A DNA stretch of 64,000 nucleotides from the human T2T-CHM13v2.0 reference genome, Homo sapiens, in assembly GCF_009914755.1 (NCBI RefSeq), contig NC_060942.1. One strand, given 5' to 3'. The notes under the pieces are model-generated. The model saw only the letters and a list, made by a program, of their open reading frames with translations. It did no database searches and was not told where the DNA came from. Positions within the stretch are counted from its first letter, which is position 1, and each line of letters begins with the position of its first letter. Positions 26,851-39,808 of the stretch are shown in pieces. The translations under genes and the position numbers were made by a program.

Positions 26851-27368
26851 AAAAACCCTAAAAATAAAATATATGTGTGAACACACTATTTATTCAATCT
26901 GTAGGCGATGTAGTTCAAGGATTTGTACATTCATAGTAGAACTGGGTCTACCTATGAATTTCTAGGTCCTTTACAGTAAATTTTTGCTTCACCTCACTCT
27001 CACCCCAGGGGTTGTCCCCACAGCAACATGGTGACATGGTGAGGCTAGGAGACACCTGACCCAGGCAAGGGATGCTGACATCCTGGGTCAGGGGTCAGGT
27101 ATGCTAGGACTTCAGAGAGCATGGGTCTCAGGGGAGAGGGCATGACGTTGCCTGTAGTGGCTTCCAAAGCACCAACTCCATGCTAGACAAATGAAACTCT
27201 AACTAATGTCCCAGTGAATTATACAGACAGGGAAAGGACATCCAGGGCCATGGGATGAAGATATTTTTTTTTAACCAGAGGGAGGACAAGGTCATGTGAG
27301 TCATATGGTTTCATCCCACCATGAAGTGAGCCAAGACCCACCACGAACCTCTTTAAAAAAAGACTCAG

Positions 27369-27551
27369 AGCCATGTGTGGTGGCTCAAGTCTGTAATCCA
27401 AACACTTTGAGGCAGGAAGATCGCTTGAACTCAGGAATTTGGGACCAGCCTGGGCAACACAGTGAGATCTCATCTCTACTCAAAAAAAAAAAAAAAAAAT
27501 TATCTGGGCATCGTGGCACACACTTGTAGTCCCAGCTACTCAGGAGGCTGG
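27369..27551 (+). mobile_element. 3'-truncated AluJ
   Basis: Left arm, A-linker, right arm ends at caggaggctg. Confidence 0.85.
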
Positions 27552-29091
27552 GTCTACATCAAAGACCTAAACACCTTTCCCTCTTGCTAGGACCTGGTCA
27601 AGGAGAACACGAGCTCTGTAAATGAAGGCCCGGGTGCAATTCTTGGCTCCACCACATCCTGTGTGCCCTTGGGCAACTTACCCAGCCTCTCTGTGCTTCC
27701 ATTTCCTTCTTTAGAAATTATGGCTCATAATAGTGCCTCTCTCATAGAGTTTTTTAAAATGATGAATTGCGATAAAAAGTGTAAAGACCTTAGAAGGCTG
27801 CCTGGCATCATAAGCACAGGATAAAGGTTAGCTGGTATGATTGTGATCAAGAGTGTTCTGTATGGCACAGAATTCAAGGAAAAGGAAGAATGAGATGTGG
27901 ACATGCGATTTGGTCCTATTAAAGTTCAATTGAGGAAATAGTTTGGTGGGCTGGTAATGGGATGGGGATAAAAAGCCACGTTGAGAGAGACGAGAGTGAA
28001 TGAACACACCTCTTTCCTTCCTGCTTCTGTTTTCATTCATATTGTTTGACGCTTGAGTAATTAATTAATTAATGTCTCAATCTTCCTTTGAAGTTGAACG
28101 AGGGCTACGTTAGTGCCTCAGGGCGCATGCACACATCATGTTTCGGTTTTCTTATTGATACTGTGAGATCTTTGGTTTAGCACATGTCAGGCCTTCATAG
28201 TTAGTTCCCCACCAGGGGCAACAGCAGACACAAGTGAGGGAGGAACCCTGAGGACCAGAAACCATCTGGCCTCCCTTCCGCCTCACTGGCTGTCCCCAGG
28301 GCAACTGACAGTGGCCTCTGGCTCAGCCACAAGAGCAATAAGGAAGATGTCTATCTTTTCTCTTAGTTCAGTTCGGTTTGGAACTTGGAGCCTGTCAAAG
28401 AAGATAAAAGGAGGTGGCAGAGGGCAAAAGGCATCTCAATACTGAAAGAAAAAGGAAAATTGAAGACACAGGCCACTTCAGTTCCCCCTAACAAAGCACA
28501 AGCCATTTCCAGCCCTTGGTAACCTCCAGGGACTGATGTAGCCCCTGCTAGAATATGGCTGGGCAGGCCCTTGATGACAAAGGTTTTCAGTGCCCTTTAA
28601 AAATAAAAGAGGTCATTTTTGAAAACCAGTTCATGTGGAGAACAGAGTGGACAGGTGATCCTGTAGCTTTAGGCAACTGGGTGGAACACCTGGGTCAAGG
28701 ACCAAATGCCCACTGCAGCCTGACCTTAGCTCCAGGAAGAGCGACCTGAGAGGACAAGGCTAGGGTGGACGGCCTGGGCCCTAGACACCCAGGAGATGGG
28801 TCCTGACTCCACCAGCTGTTGACCTAAGCTTCAAAAGACAGCAGGACAAGCAGCAACTCGCAAGAGGAGGGACATTGCCTTGAAGGCAGAGTGGCTTAGG
28901 ACAGCATGCTGGAAGATTCGACTCTTCTGGCAACCACAGGCATATTAAGCCACCTCCTCTGCTGTAAACCCTTCAGTCATCTTAGAAACGTGGGAGAGGA
29001 AGGGGAGGGGTCTGAGATACGATCATTTTCTTTTTCCTGGAGAGGTAAACATTTTCTGGAGAGCCTGTTGAAATTATTTTGTTGGACTGGG

Positions 29092-29233
29092 TGTTTTAGT
29101 CAGGGTTTTCCAAAGAAACAGAACCAATAAAAGACTTACACAGACAGTCCCTGATTTACAATGGTTGGATTTATGATTTTTCAACTTCATTATGGATTTA
29201 TTGGAATGTAACCCTATCCTAAGTTGAGGAGCA

Positions 29234-29277
<44 letters not shown>

Positions 29278-29734
29278 ATCTAGATCTAGAAATATTTATT
29301 AGATTTAAATATCGTGAAGAACTAGCTCACACAACTGTAGAGGCTAAGAAGTCCCACAATGGACATGCCATCTGCAAGCTGGAGACCCAGAAAAGCCAGA
29401 GGTGTAATTCAGGATGAGTCTGAAGCCCCTAGAACCAGGGGAGTTGATGTAAATCCCAGACTGAGGGCAGGAGAGGATGAGATGATGCCCTGGCCCAACC
29501 AGTGAGGCTGGAATAAAAGGGGAAAATTCCCCCTTATACCATTTGTTCTATTCAGACCTCAGTGGCTTGAATGATATACTCAACCGCATTGGGAGGATAA
29601 TCTATCTACTTTACTGCGTCCACTGATTCAATGCTAACCTCACCTGGAATCACTCTCACTGGCCCACCCAGAATAATGCTTAATCTGGGCACCCCGTGGC
29701 CCATCCAAGTCAACACGTAAAATTAACCATTACA
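29092..29734 (-). mobile_element. MLT2B-like ERVL solo LTR
   Basis: tgttttagtcagggttttccaaagaaacagaacc...aaaattaaccattaca; TSD ctggg/ctggc; (TG)n at 29236-29274. Confidence 0.9.
29141..29237 (-). mobile_element. MER47C-like 97-bp Tigger MITE nested in MLT2B
   Basis: cagacagtccctgatttac...taagttgaggagcatctg terminal inverted repeats, 97 bp. Confidence 0.75.
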
Positions 29735-29823
29735 CTGGCTATACCTTGTATCTCCCTGCCCCTCCCCACCACATGCTATTCAGCAAGTGGGAGTCCAGAA
29801 AGAGGACCAGATCAGTTACATAG

Positions 29824-30285
29824 TGTTATGTATTTAATTGTGTCCTCCCAAAATTCATATGTGGAAGTCCCAACCCTTGGTACCTCAAAATGTGACTGTG
29901 TTTGGAGATCATTGAAGACATAAGTCATTATGTTATGATGAGGTCGTATTGCAGTAGGGTGGACCTTTCATCCAATATGACTCGTGGCCTTATAAAAAGG
30001 GGAAATTTAAACACAGACCCGTATATGGGGAGAAGGCATGTGAAGATGAAAGCAGAGATGGGGGTGATCCTTCTACAAGCCAGGGAACACCAAAAATTGC
30101 CAGACCACCAGAAGCCAGGAGAGAGGCCCAGAACAGATTCTCTCTCACAGTTGCAGAAGGAAACAACCCTGCCAACACCTTGGTTTTGAACTTCTGGCAT
30201 CCAGAACTGTGAGACAATCAATTTCTGCTGTTTAAGTCCCACATTTTGTGGTTCTCTGTTATCGAAACCCTAGCAAACTAGTCCA
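29824..30285 (+). mobile_element. MLT1C MaLR LTR
   Basis: aattgtgtcctcccaaaattcatatg...caagccagggaacacc...ccagaactgtgagacaat...ctagcaaacta. Confidence 0.9.
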
Positions 30286-32071
30286 TATGAAAACAAAGAG
30301 ACTATATGTTCACATGTTCTATGAATCCATACCTGACCTAATCTGCAGGACTAAAGTATCCCAAGCCAGTCTTGCTGTGAGACGGTCACAATGAAGCCAC
30401 CAGCAACATGGGCTGCAATGCTGAGAGGGGCCAGAGAGACATGGAGTAGGCAAGAGAGCATTGAGGAAATCTTCTGTCTGGTCTCAGAATCCTTTGCTCA
30501 TTTGCTCTCTGGGGTCAGCTTTGCCCTTAACAATGAGCCTCAATTCCCCTTGGTCTGTTAGTGTTTGCAAAAACTCAAAAGGATGAAGATAGGTGTTATG
30601 GAAGAAATGAAATTTGGATTTGTAGGTATACTCCCCCTTCTGTTCTTTGCATGAATTAGTGAAGTATTGGCAACATCATCTGCGAGTCATTTTGCATTTT
30701 TCCTGGAGAAGCGGGACCAGCTTTGTTAGGCCAAACACTCTAGCAATGTCTGTGGAAACCTACTTTGATTCTCCCTGCTCCAAGAATTCCCCCTCAATGA
30801 CCCCCTACAAATGCCAATCGGTTCTTTCCTCTTGGTCTCTCAGGTATTCAGTCACATGAACTGTTTGTGTCAAAGCCTTCCAGAAAAAAGCCAACCAAAC
30901 CAGCAAACAACCCCTCGCCTCCCCAGGTACTAGAAGGAGATGCTATTGAAGCAGACTGACCCAGTCTGGGATGGGGTTGCTCAGCAGATAGAAGCCCAGG
31001 GCACTGGGGTCTTGGGTTGTGTTGACGAGATCTACCAAAGGCCAGTCTTCTCTTACAAAATCCATGGGGCAAAGGAGAAGCTGCAGGACCTGGAAAAGAA
31101 GAGAGTGGGGCAGGGGTGGGGCACCGAGGGGTGAGAGCAGCTGTGGTCATCTTCAGAAGCAGCAGTTAGGCAGCTGCTCATATGGCAAACAGCAAACAGT
31201 CCCAAGGCCAAGTAGGGGATACTTGGTGAAAATGGAACAGAAAATATAATGATTCCACAGATTCAGAGCGAAGGGGGATAAACGGTTACCCATGCTGTCC
31301 CTCACCTGGGAAAGGGGAGAGCTAGTGTTTGATGCATAAGTGCAGTTGCTATGAAACATCAGAATCACCCAGGGATGTTTTAGGGGGACAGATCCTTGGG
31401 TGGCACCCCAACCCACGGACCCACTGCATCTCTGGGGGTGGGTGGGGTGGGGGTCAGGGCATTCCTGCTATTACCCAGGACAGTATTCATATGTCTTTTG
31501 CAGCTGTAATTAAAGGACACTGTGGTGGCTGATGCTTGGCCTTGAATTACTAGGAAAAGATTGTTTTCTGTGTTGATCCGGTCCAGAGAACAATAGGATG
31601 ACAATATGTACATAGTACTTTACAGTGTTTGAGGAGCTTCTCTACACATTGCCTCATTTCCTTCTCTTCACAACCTATGAGGTTCAGATCATCCAATTGC
31701 TGGTTTGCAGAGGCAGAGATGCACGAGGTCACAGAGATAACAGGAGTTGTATTTCCTCGTGCAAGATCCCGTATCTTTCTATAAAATCCTATCTGCAGAG
31801 AAATATCACTGTACTTTAGGACAACGTGCATTAAAATTTGTTAAATTATGAGCTTCAAGTCAGTGACAGGTAAAACATTTAAAAATAAATTTTAAAAATT
31901 ATTAAATTAAAATCATATTTTAAAAAGGGTTTATTCAGTTAACCGGAATGCAAGCCCTGTCTGTTGAAATGAAGCCTCAGTTATTCAGAATGCAATTCCT
32001 CTTTCAGTTCTCAGCTGCTGCAGTTGCTGCCTATTTATTGATAAATGCTCACTAAGAAATGAGTGGAAGAG

Positions 32072-32219
32072 GGCTGGATGCAGTGGCTCATGCCTGTAAT
32101 CCCAGCACTTTGGGAGGCCATATTGGTCAGGCTAGTCTCGAACTCCTGACTTCAGGCGATCCACCCACCTCAGCCTCCCAAAGTGCTGGGATTACAGGTG
32201 TGAGCCACCACACCCAGTC
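32072..32219. mobile_element. Fused inverted Alu fragments (+ 32072-32120, - 32118-32219)
   Basis: Sense Alu first ~49 nt joined directly to an antisense Alu left arm. Confidence 0.9.
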
Positions 32220-33089
32220 TCCAACTGTCCATTTCTGAAGTGAGTACCTTTGTGCAGAGGCTCACCAACCACATCCGAGGTGGAGGTGACCTCCACGAAC
32301 CAGCTGGGCAAATTCTTGGGCTACTGACTGGCTCGAGACTCTCCAGATGTGTGTGGCTGTCATTTGGAATTGTCCCACAGAGCAGACAGGCTGCAAAGCA
32401 GGGAGCCTGAGGCTGACTCAGATGGCCTGCCAGAGTCCACAGCAGCTGGGCTGCGTGATCAAGACTGATCACTTTCTGGACCATGTGTTTTTCTCTGGAA
32501 ACTCAGGTTTATGATGCTTATCATAGGGGCTATCGGTGGGAGTGAGGAACTGATGGAGAAATGCTTTGAAAAGAGTAAGTGTCAGCAAACTGGGTGGGCT
32601 GGCAGCCTCTGCTCATTTTGCTGTTTTGCTTTCATGAGGTGACTTAGCCACAGGCAGAGATAAGGCCTGTCACCTCCGGCCAAGAGCCATCCTGTAAGTC
32701 AAAGGTTTGTTGTCAAACTTAACAACGTGGACCAGGGCTGTCCCATTGGAATTGAAATCCCTGGGCACTGGGGGAAGTAGGTTAAAAGTTCTGATCAGGG
32801 CCAATTGGCCTACAGGGCAGGACACTGGGACACGGTTTATCTCAGGTCCTGGCTGGTATGGCTCCTGCTGGGAGACTGATGACTGCAGAGAAGGATGTGG
32901 GTTGGGTGGGAGTGATTTCAGGGACATAGGGAAAAATATACCCCCCAGTATGGGTGTCCTGTGAGCCTTGATACGCTTTGGAAATGTTCACTTACAAATG
33001 CAATTCTTAACTCCATTAAAGCTTAAATCCCTTTGGAAGTTGTGACCCCGAATGCTAGTGTGAGTCACATACATTTCAACATTAGTGAG

Positions 33090-33455
33090 TATATTAGTTC
33101 ATTTTCATACTGCTATAAAGAACTGCCCAAGACTGGGTAATTTATAAAGGAAAGAGGTTTAATTGACTCACAGTTCAGCATGGCTGGGGAGGCCTCAGGA
33201 AACTTACAGTCATGGCGGAAGGCAAGGGGGAAACAAGTACCTTCCTCACAAGGTGGCAGGAAGGAGAAGGGGGAACAGCCCCTTATAAAACCATCAGATC
33301 TCATGAGAACTCACTCACTATCATGAGAACAGAATGGGGGAAACCACCCCCATGATTCAATTACCTCTACCTGTTCTCTCCCTTGACATGTGGGGATTAT
33401 GGGGATTACAATTCAAGATGAGATTTGGGTGGGGACACAAAGCCTAACCATATTA
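33090..33455 (-). mobile_element. THE1C/D MaLR solo LTR
   Basis: gactgggtaatttataaagg...gagatttgggtggggacaca; perfect TSD gtgag (33085-89/33456-60). Confidence 0.95.
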
Positions 33456-34659
33456 GTGAGTCTGTCAGATCCTTCTGGATCAAGAGTTTGATTCAGAAGT
33501 GAGGACTGGGGAGGAAGGAAGAACAGGAAAGGGACAGTGGGGAGAAGTGGGATGCAATTCACAACAAAGATTTGATTGTGCATTACAAAAGGTTGATAAG
33601 TTTCTGGCATAAAATAAAGTTTGGAGATTGCCTATGACTTGAAAATGGCCGAGCTCTCCTGTTTCCTTTGGATCTAAGAGTTTTGAGCTGATTGAGTTTG
33701 TTATTTTTCTATGTATCAACTAACAAGATAATATCTAAGATATATTTTTATCCATTTTGAGAAAACATCAAGTTCCTTTCTTTCTACTAAATGATCTGTT
33801 TTCTTGGTGCATGTGTGGTATTTTAGGAGGTGTGGTAGCATATTGCTTCATATTATCACCCATTCTGAAATAATCCTTAAATGCTTTTTCTCCTTGACAT
33901 CCTTGTCAGGTGTTTGTTGTGTCTCTTGTTCTGTTGCATGAAAGGGTGCTTTATAAATAATACACGCTCTATAATTTTTTAAGGTGACAATGGTGGTAAC
34001 AATCATGATGATGACCATGCTTTAATTAGCCAACTTCTTACTTCATTTTCCTTGAACACATTTTAGATCTCAGTCTTCTTGACCTGTTTTGACAGTTAAC
34101 ATGCAGCAGGGAAAGACGTGGGAATCTGGATCTCTGGGCACTGGGGGATCTGGATTGTCTGCCCTTGGCTAACAGCCTGAACCCATCCAAATGACTTCTT
34201 CTCTCTGGGTCTTGATTCCAGTGCCTTGCAAGAATAATGACCCAATTCTACCAAGACTTCTCTCTCTCTCTCTCTCTCTCTCTGTCTTTTTATTCCCAAG
34301 AAAATTCAGAAATCCAGATTTTAGAAAAATCATCTAATTTTAAATGTTGCCAACTAATTCAGATTTAAAAAAAGTTGCAGGCCAAGCAAGCTCAAACTGA
34401 GAGTTGACACCTTATCATCTCTGAATGGGAGAATCTAGAAAGCTCCTCTCAGTAAACAGGCTGTGGTTCTTCAGATAATGAGTAAGAAGGGAGATTTTGA
34501 TTCCCGTCCTAGTCACAAAGTAAAAGGTCCAGAAGTTGCAGGGCCAGGGGACAGGGCTGAGAGCTGCTCCAGCCTTGACCAATCATCAGAATTACCATAG
34601 GAGTTGGAAAAATGGTCAGATTACAGATTCCCACTTCAGACACACTAAGCAGGAATCAT

Positions 34660-35228
<569 letters not shown>

Positions 35229-36311
35229 GCTCTCCAGCAGATATTTGTTTAAGCACTACTGTGTGTGCTGGACACAGCTATAGCCACGGTGGAGGCAGTG
35301 GCCAGGAGAAAATTTATGCCTGGCTGTTCCCAAGTGGCTGATGGGCTCTCCCGATTGCCCATTTACCAGCAGGCTGTGGACTCTGGTTCCTGTAAACTTT
35401 GATACCAAGAAAGCTGACTCTGTATAAAATTTAAAAATTGTGAAACAAGGGAGGTTCTGAATGTTTACATTCTGGCCTTTTGGCTCAACTCCAGGAAGAG
35501 ATACATGTGCAGGGTGCAAGATATAATCAATTCACCAGTTCCCACCAGGAAGTCTTGCTCATGTTAGGGACAAAGAAAGCTGTCTCCACACCAAGACTGA
35601 CTGCCTGGAACTGGAGCAACAGGGACTAAAACTTTAGAAAGGCAAATAGGAAATACCTTTTTGTTTCTAAAGATTACCCATGGGATAAGATTCAGGGTCA
35701 GACACAGAAACTTCCTATTGTTTTATCAATTAGTCATGAGCACCTATCATGCCCACAATCTCTACTGAGTAGAGGACACAAGGAGAGAAATAGGAATTTA
35801 CATCCCCGCTTTTGAGACAATGAAGGTCTCGTTGAGGTACCTCATTTTTATTGAGAAAGCAATGTGAGACAGGATATAGTCACGTATGCAATTTGCGTGC
35901 AGACAGCAAGTGCTGGGGAGGGACTAGACGTCTTTGTAAACCTCCTTCTGAGCAGAGGAAACTGTGCTCCTAGTCAGTTATGATTGCTGTTTCTTCTCTT
36001 TCCTGTGAGTATGGAGTGATTTCTGGCTGCATTCTCCCTACTCTGCCTGCAGGCTCAGTCAGTCTTTCCCAGGTGGTTGGATAGTTCTTAGCATTAATTT
36101 TGAAATCAAATGACTGTGTGAGCTTGGGGAAGTTAGTTAATATCTCTGATCTTCAGCGTCATGTGTAAAATGTGGGCGATCATACCAGCTGTATAGCATT
36201 ATAATGAAGATTAAATGAGATCGTGTATATTAAAACAACTATGGTGCCTTGGTATTCAATAAATATAATTTCATTTTTCCTTGGAGAAATAGGAATACTG
36301 ATTCTCCTAAA

Positions 36312-36608
36312 CCTGTGCTCCCCAACACAGTAGCCACCAGCCACGTGTAGCTATTGAGCACTTGAAGTGTGCAGTCTAAATGGAGATCTGCTGTATGTTT
36401 TACACACACAGCAGATTTTGAAGATTTTGTGTGAAAAAAATGTAAAATTTGATTACATGTTGAAGTGATAATATTACAAATGGATTAGGTTAAATAAAAT
36501 ATATTGTTAAATTAATTTAACCCACTTTCTTTTAATGTTCTCAAAGTGACAATTTAAAAACTTTAAATTACAAATATGGCTCATGTTGCATTTTTATTGG
36601 ACAGTACC
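36312..36608. mobile_element. MER33 hAT-Charlie MITE
   Basis: tagccaccagccacgtgtagctattgagcacttgaa...ggttaaataaaatatatt...tttattggacag. Confidence 0.85.
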
Positions 36609-37039
36609 ATAAAACTTTGCCAAGGTAGATGGTCTGGAGTTCCCAGAGATTTTACCTAGTGGGCCATCTCCTATGGATTTGCCTAAGAAGAAAAACTGGG
36701 GTGCGGTTTTGTGATGGGGTACAAAGACAATCTTGATTGATTTAAAATGACTGGGACTATCACCATCCAAAACTCAAGTCAGACATGTAGCTGCTTTTCC
36801 CTCATTTGGGATGAAATGAGGTGGGTGTTTGCTGGGATGCTCTGTGAAGACAGAGAAGGAAATTACAATTGTTCAATAAATATTAGCTATATTTATTTTA
36901 TTCCTCCAGCTCTGGGTCACATAATCATAACCCCTGCAAAAACACCAAAGGTACATTTTTAAAGATCAGGACTATTTCCACTATGATTCAATATTATGCT
37001 AGTGTCCTAATAAAAGTAAATGAGAGAAATCACTTGGAA

Positions 37040-37395
37040 CAGCAGTCCCCAACTTTTTTTGCACCAGGGACTGGTTTTGTGGAAGACAATTTTTCCCCTG
37101 GGTGAAGGGGGTGGGGAATGGTCTCACTGGCCATTAGATTCTTATTAGGAGAATACAACCCAGATCCCTTGCATGCACAGTTTACAATAGGGTTCGCGCT
37201 CCTATGAGAATCTAATGCCGCTGCTGATCTGACAGGAGGCAGAGCTCATGCACTAATGCTCACTCACCTGCTGCTCACCTCTTGATGTGCAGCCCGATTC
37301 CTAACAGGCCACAGGCTCACCTCTTGATGTGCAGCCCAGTTTCTAACAGGCCACAGACCGGTACTGCTCCATGGCCCGGGGATTGGGGACCCCTG
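37040..37395 (+). mobile_element. MER1B
   Basis: cagcagtccccaac...ttggggacccctg TIRs; TSD acttggaa/actcagaa. Confidence 0.9.
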
Positions 37396-37457
37396 ACTCA
37401 GAAGCATAAAAATGGGTTTTTTAAAAAAGCTATCCCAATTTGCAGACAATATGTTAG

Positions 37458-37856
37458 TGTATTTGTTTGCTAGGGTTGCCATAACAGAATACCACAGACT
37501 GGGTGGCTTAAATGATAGAAATTTATTTTCTTGAAGTTCTGAAGGCTGGAAGTCCAAGATGAAGGTGTCAGCAGGGTTGGTTACTCCTGAGACCTCTCTC
37601 CTTGGCTTGCAGATGGCTCTCTTCTTGCTCACATGGTCTTTTCTCTGTGCAGGACCATCCTTGTTCTCTATTTTGTGTGTTCAAATTTCCTCTAATTATA
37701 AGGACACACATCAGATTGGATTAGGGCCCACTCTAAAGGCCTCACCTTAACTTTACTTCTCTAAGGCTCTATCTCCAAATACAGTCTCATTCTGAGGTAC
37801 TGAGGCTTGGGGCTTCAACACGTGAAATTTGGGGAAGCACAAGTCAGTCCATGACA
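37458..37856 (-). mobile_element. MLT1B-like MaLR LTR
   Basis: gctagggttgccataacagaataccacagactgggtggcttaaa...tctccaaatacagtc. Confidence 0.85.
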
Positions 37857-37949
37857 GCTACTGTCCTTGGAAAGCCTTAGAAATCAATGATAAAACTATC
37901 TCAAACAACAAAAAATTCAGTAAAGTAACAGGGTATAAAATTAACATAT

Positions 37950-38236
37950 GGTTGAGGGGGGAAAGAAGGGTTGATTAATGGGTACAAAAATACAATTAGA
38001 TAGTAAGAATAAGATCTAGTATTTGGTAGTACAATAGCGTAACTATTTTTTATATATTTCAAAATAACTGGAGAAGTAGATTTGGAATTTTCTTAACACA
38101 AAGGATAAATGTTTGAGGTGATAGATACCCAATTGCCCTGACTTAATCATTACATATTATATGCTTGTATCAAAATAATACATGTACCTCATAAATATGT
38201 ACAACTATTATGTGCCCATAAATACTAAAAATAAAA
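37950..38236 (+). mobile_element. 5'-truncated L1MA 3' end
   Basis: aatgggtacaaaaatacaattagatag...; perfect 15-bp TSD ataaaattaacatat (37935-49/38237-51). Confidence 0.9.
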
Positions 38237-39042
38237 ATAAAATTAACATATAAAACCCAATATCTATCATATACACAAATAATAACCAGTTAAAGGACAT
38301 AATGTTAGAGAAAATTTCATTTATAACAGCAATAAGAAATATTAAATACTTTGGTATAAACTTTGTTAAGCTTATTCTGGTTAGAAACATCCAAATTTTA
38401 CAAAAAGGACTTTAAAAACATTCTTGCAAGACACAAAAGTAGGCTTTAAGAAGTGGGAAAGATAGCTCCAATTGTTGAACAAGATGACTCAATGTCATAA
38501 AGATATCAGTTCTCTGTAGGTTATGGGAGAAACATGGTGCAATATCAATAAAAATTCCAACAAGTCTTTTCTTGGGGTGTTCAGGTAAGTTGATACTAAA
38601 GTTCATGTAGAGAAACAGGCCTGCAAGAGTGGATGGAAAACACTGAAAAATAAAAAGTATGGAGGTCACTGGCTCCACTGGACATTAAAACATAACATAA
38701 ATTGCTTTAAATTAAAAGCATGATATTGGTGCATGAATATAAATATAGACTAGTAGAAAATAATAGAAAGTCCATCAATAGACCTAAGTTCACATGGAAA
38801 TTTAGCATATGATAGAAGCAGCATCTCAAATTCCAGAGCAAAGATGGGTTTTTTAATAAATGATGCTGGTACAACTGGATCTCCACTTGGAAAAGGATAC
38901 AGTTAGAACCATACATTGCATCACATGTAAGAATGAACTTGAAATGGATTAGAGATCTAAATGTAAAATATGAAACCATTAAAGTTCTAGAGAAAAACGT
39001 GGGCGAATTTCTGTTAACCTCAGGTAAGAGGTTAACTCAGTT

Positions 39043-39318
39043 ACCTCTGCCTGTAATCCTAGCACTTAGGGAGGCTGAAGCAGGAGAATTGTTTGAGCGC
39101 AGGAGTTTGAGGCCAGCCTAGATAATATAAGGAGACCCCCATCTCCACAGAAGAAATTTTAAATTATCCAGGTGTGGTGGTATGCTCCTGCGGTCCAAGC
39201 TACTCAGAAGGCTGAAATGGAAGGATGTTTTGAGCCTGGGAGGTTGAGGTTTCAGTGAGCCATGATCACACAACTGCACTCCACCCTGGACAACAGAGTG
39301 AGGCCCTGTCTTAAAACA
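39043..39318 (+). mobile_element. AluJ
   Basis: Diverged dimer lacking the first ~15 nt. Confidence 0.85.
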
Positions 39319-39764
39319 CAAGTCTTCATGACAAAAATATCACCCTAAACAAATTCAAATGATAACTGATATCATTGGAGAAGTTAATTGCAACATATAC
39401 CACTAACCATGAGCTAATATTCCTACAATATAAAGAACTCTCAAAAACTGAAGGGCAAAAACATCAAAAACCTGATAGAAAAATGAGGGAAAGTCATGAA
39501 CAGGCATTTCACACACACAAAAAAGATGTTAAAATGACCCTTAAACACTAAAAAAGTTCAAATTTACTATTTTCACTGGCTACTATAAGGCTAAGGGCAA
39601 AAAGAATTGTATGCAAATATTGTGTTCTAGTTCGTAAATTTGTTTCTCATAGGGAATTTTTCTTCAGTTCTGAAGTTATTTTATGTCTACACTAGAATTG
39701 AACAAATTAATAAACATAATGTGGATACAGATAGATGAATACAGAAATTAATAGAGGCATAAAT

Positions 39765-39808
<44 letters not shown>

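Noticed and set aside
28209-28222. CTCF-like ccaccaggggcaac
   Set aside because: One G short of the core; register broken
30940-31134. Protein-looking 64-aa ORF
   Set aside because: No homology I can recognise; length expected by chance
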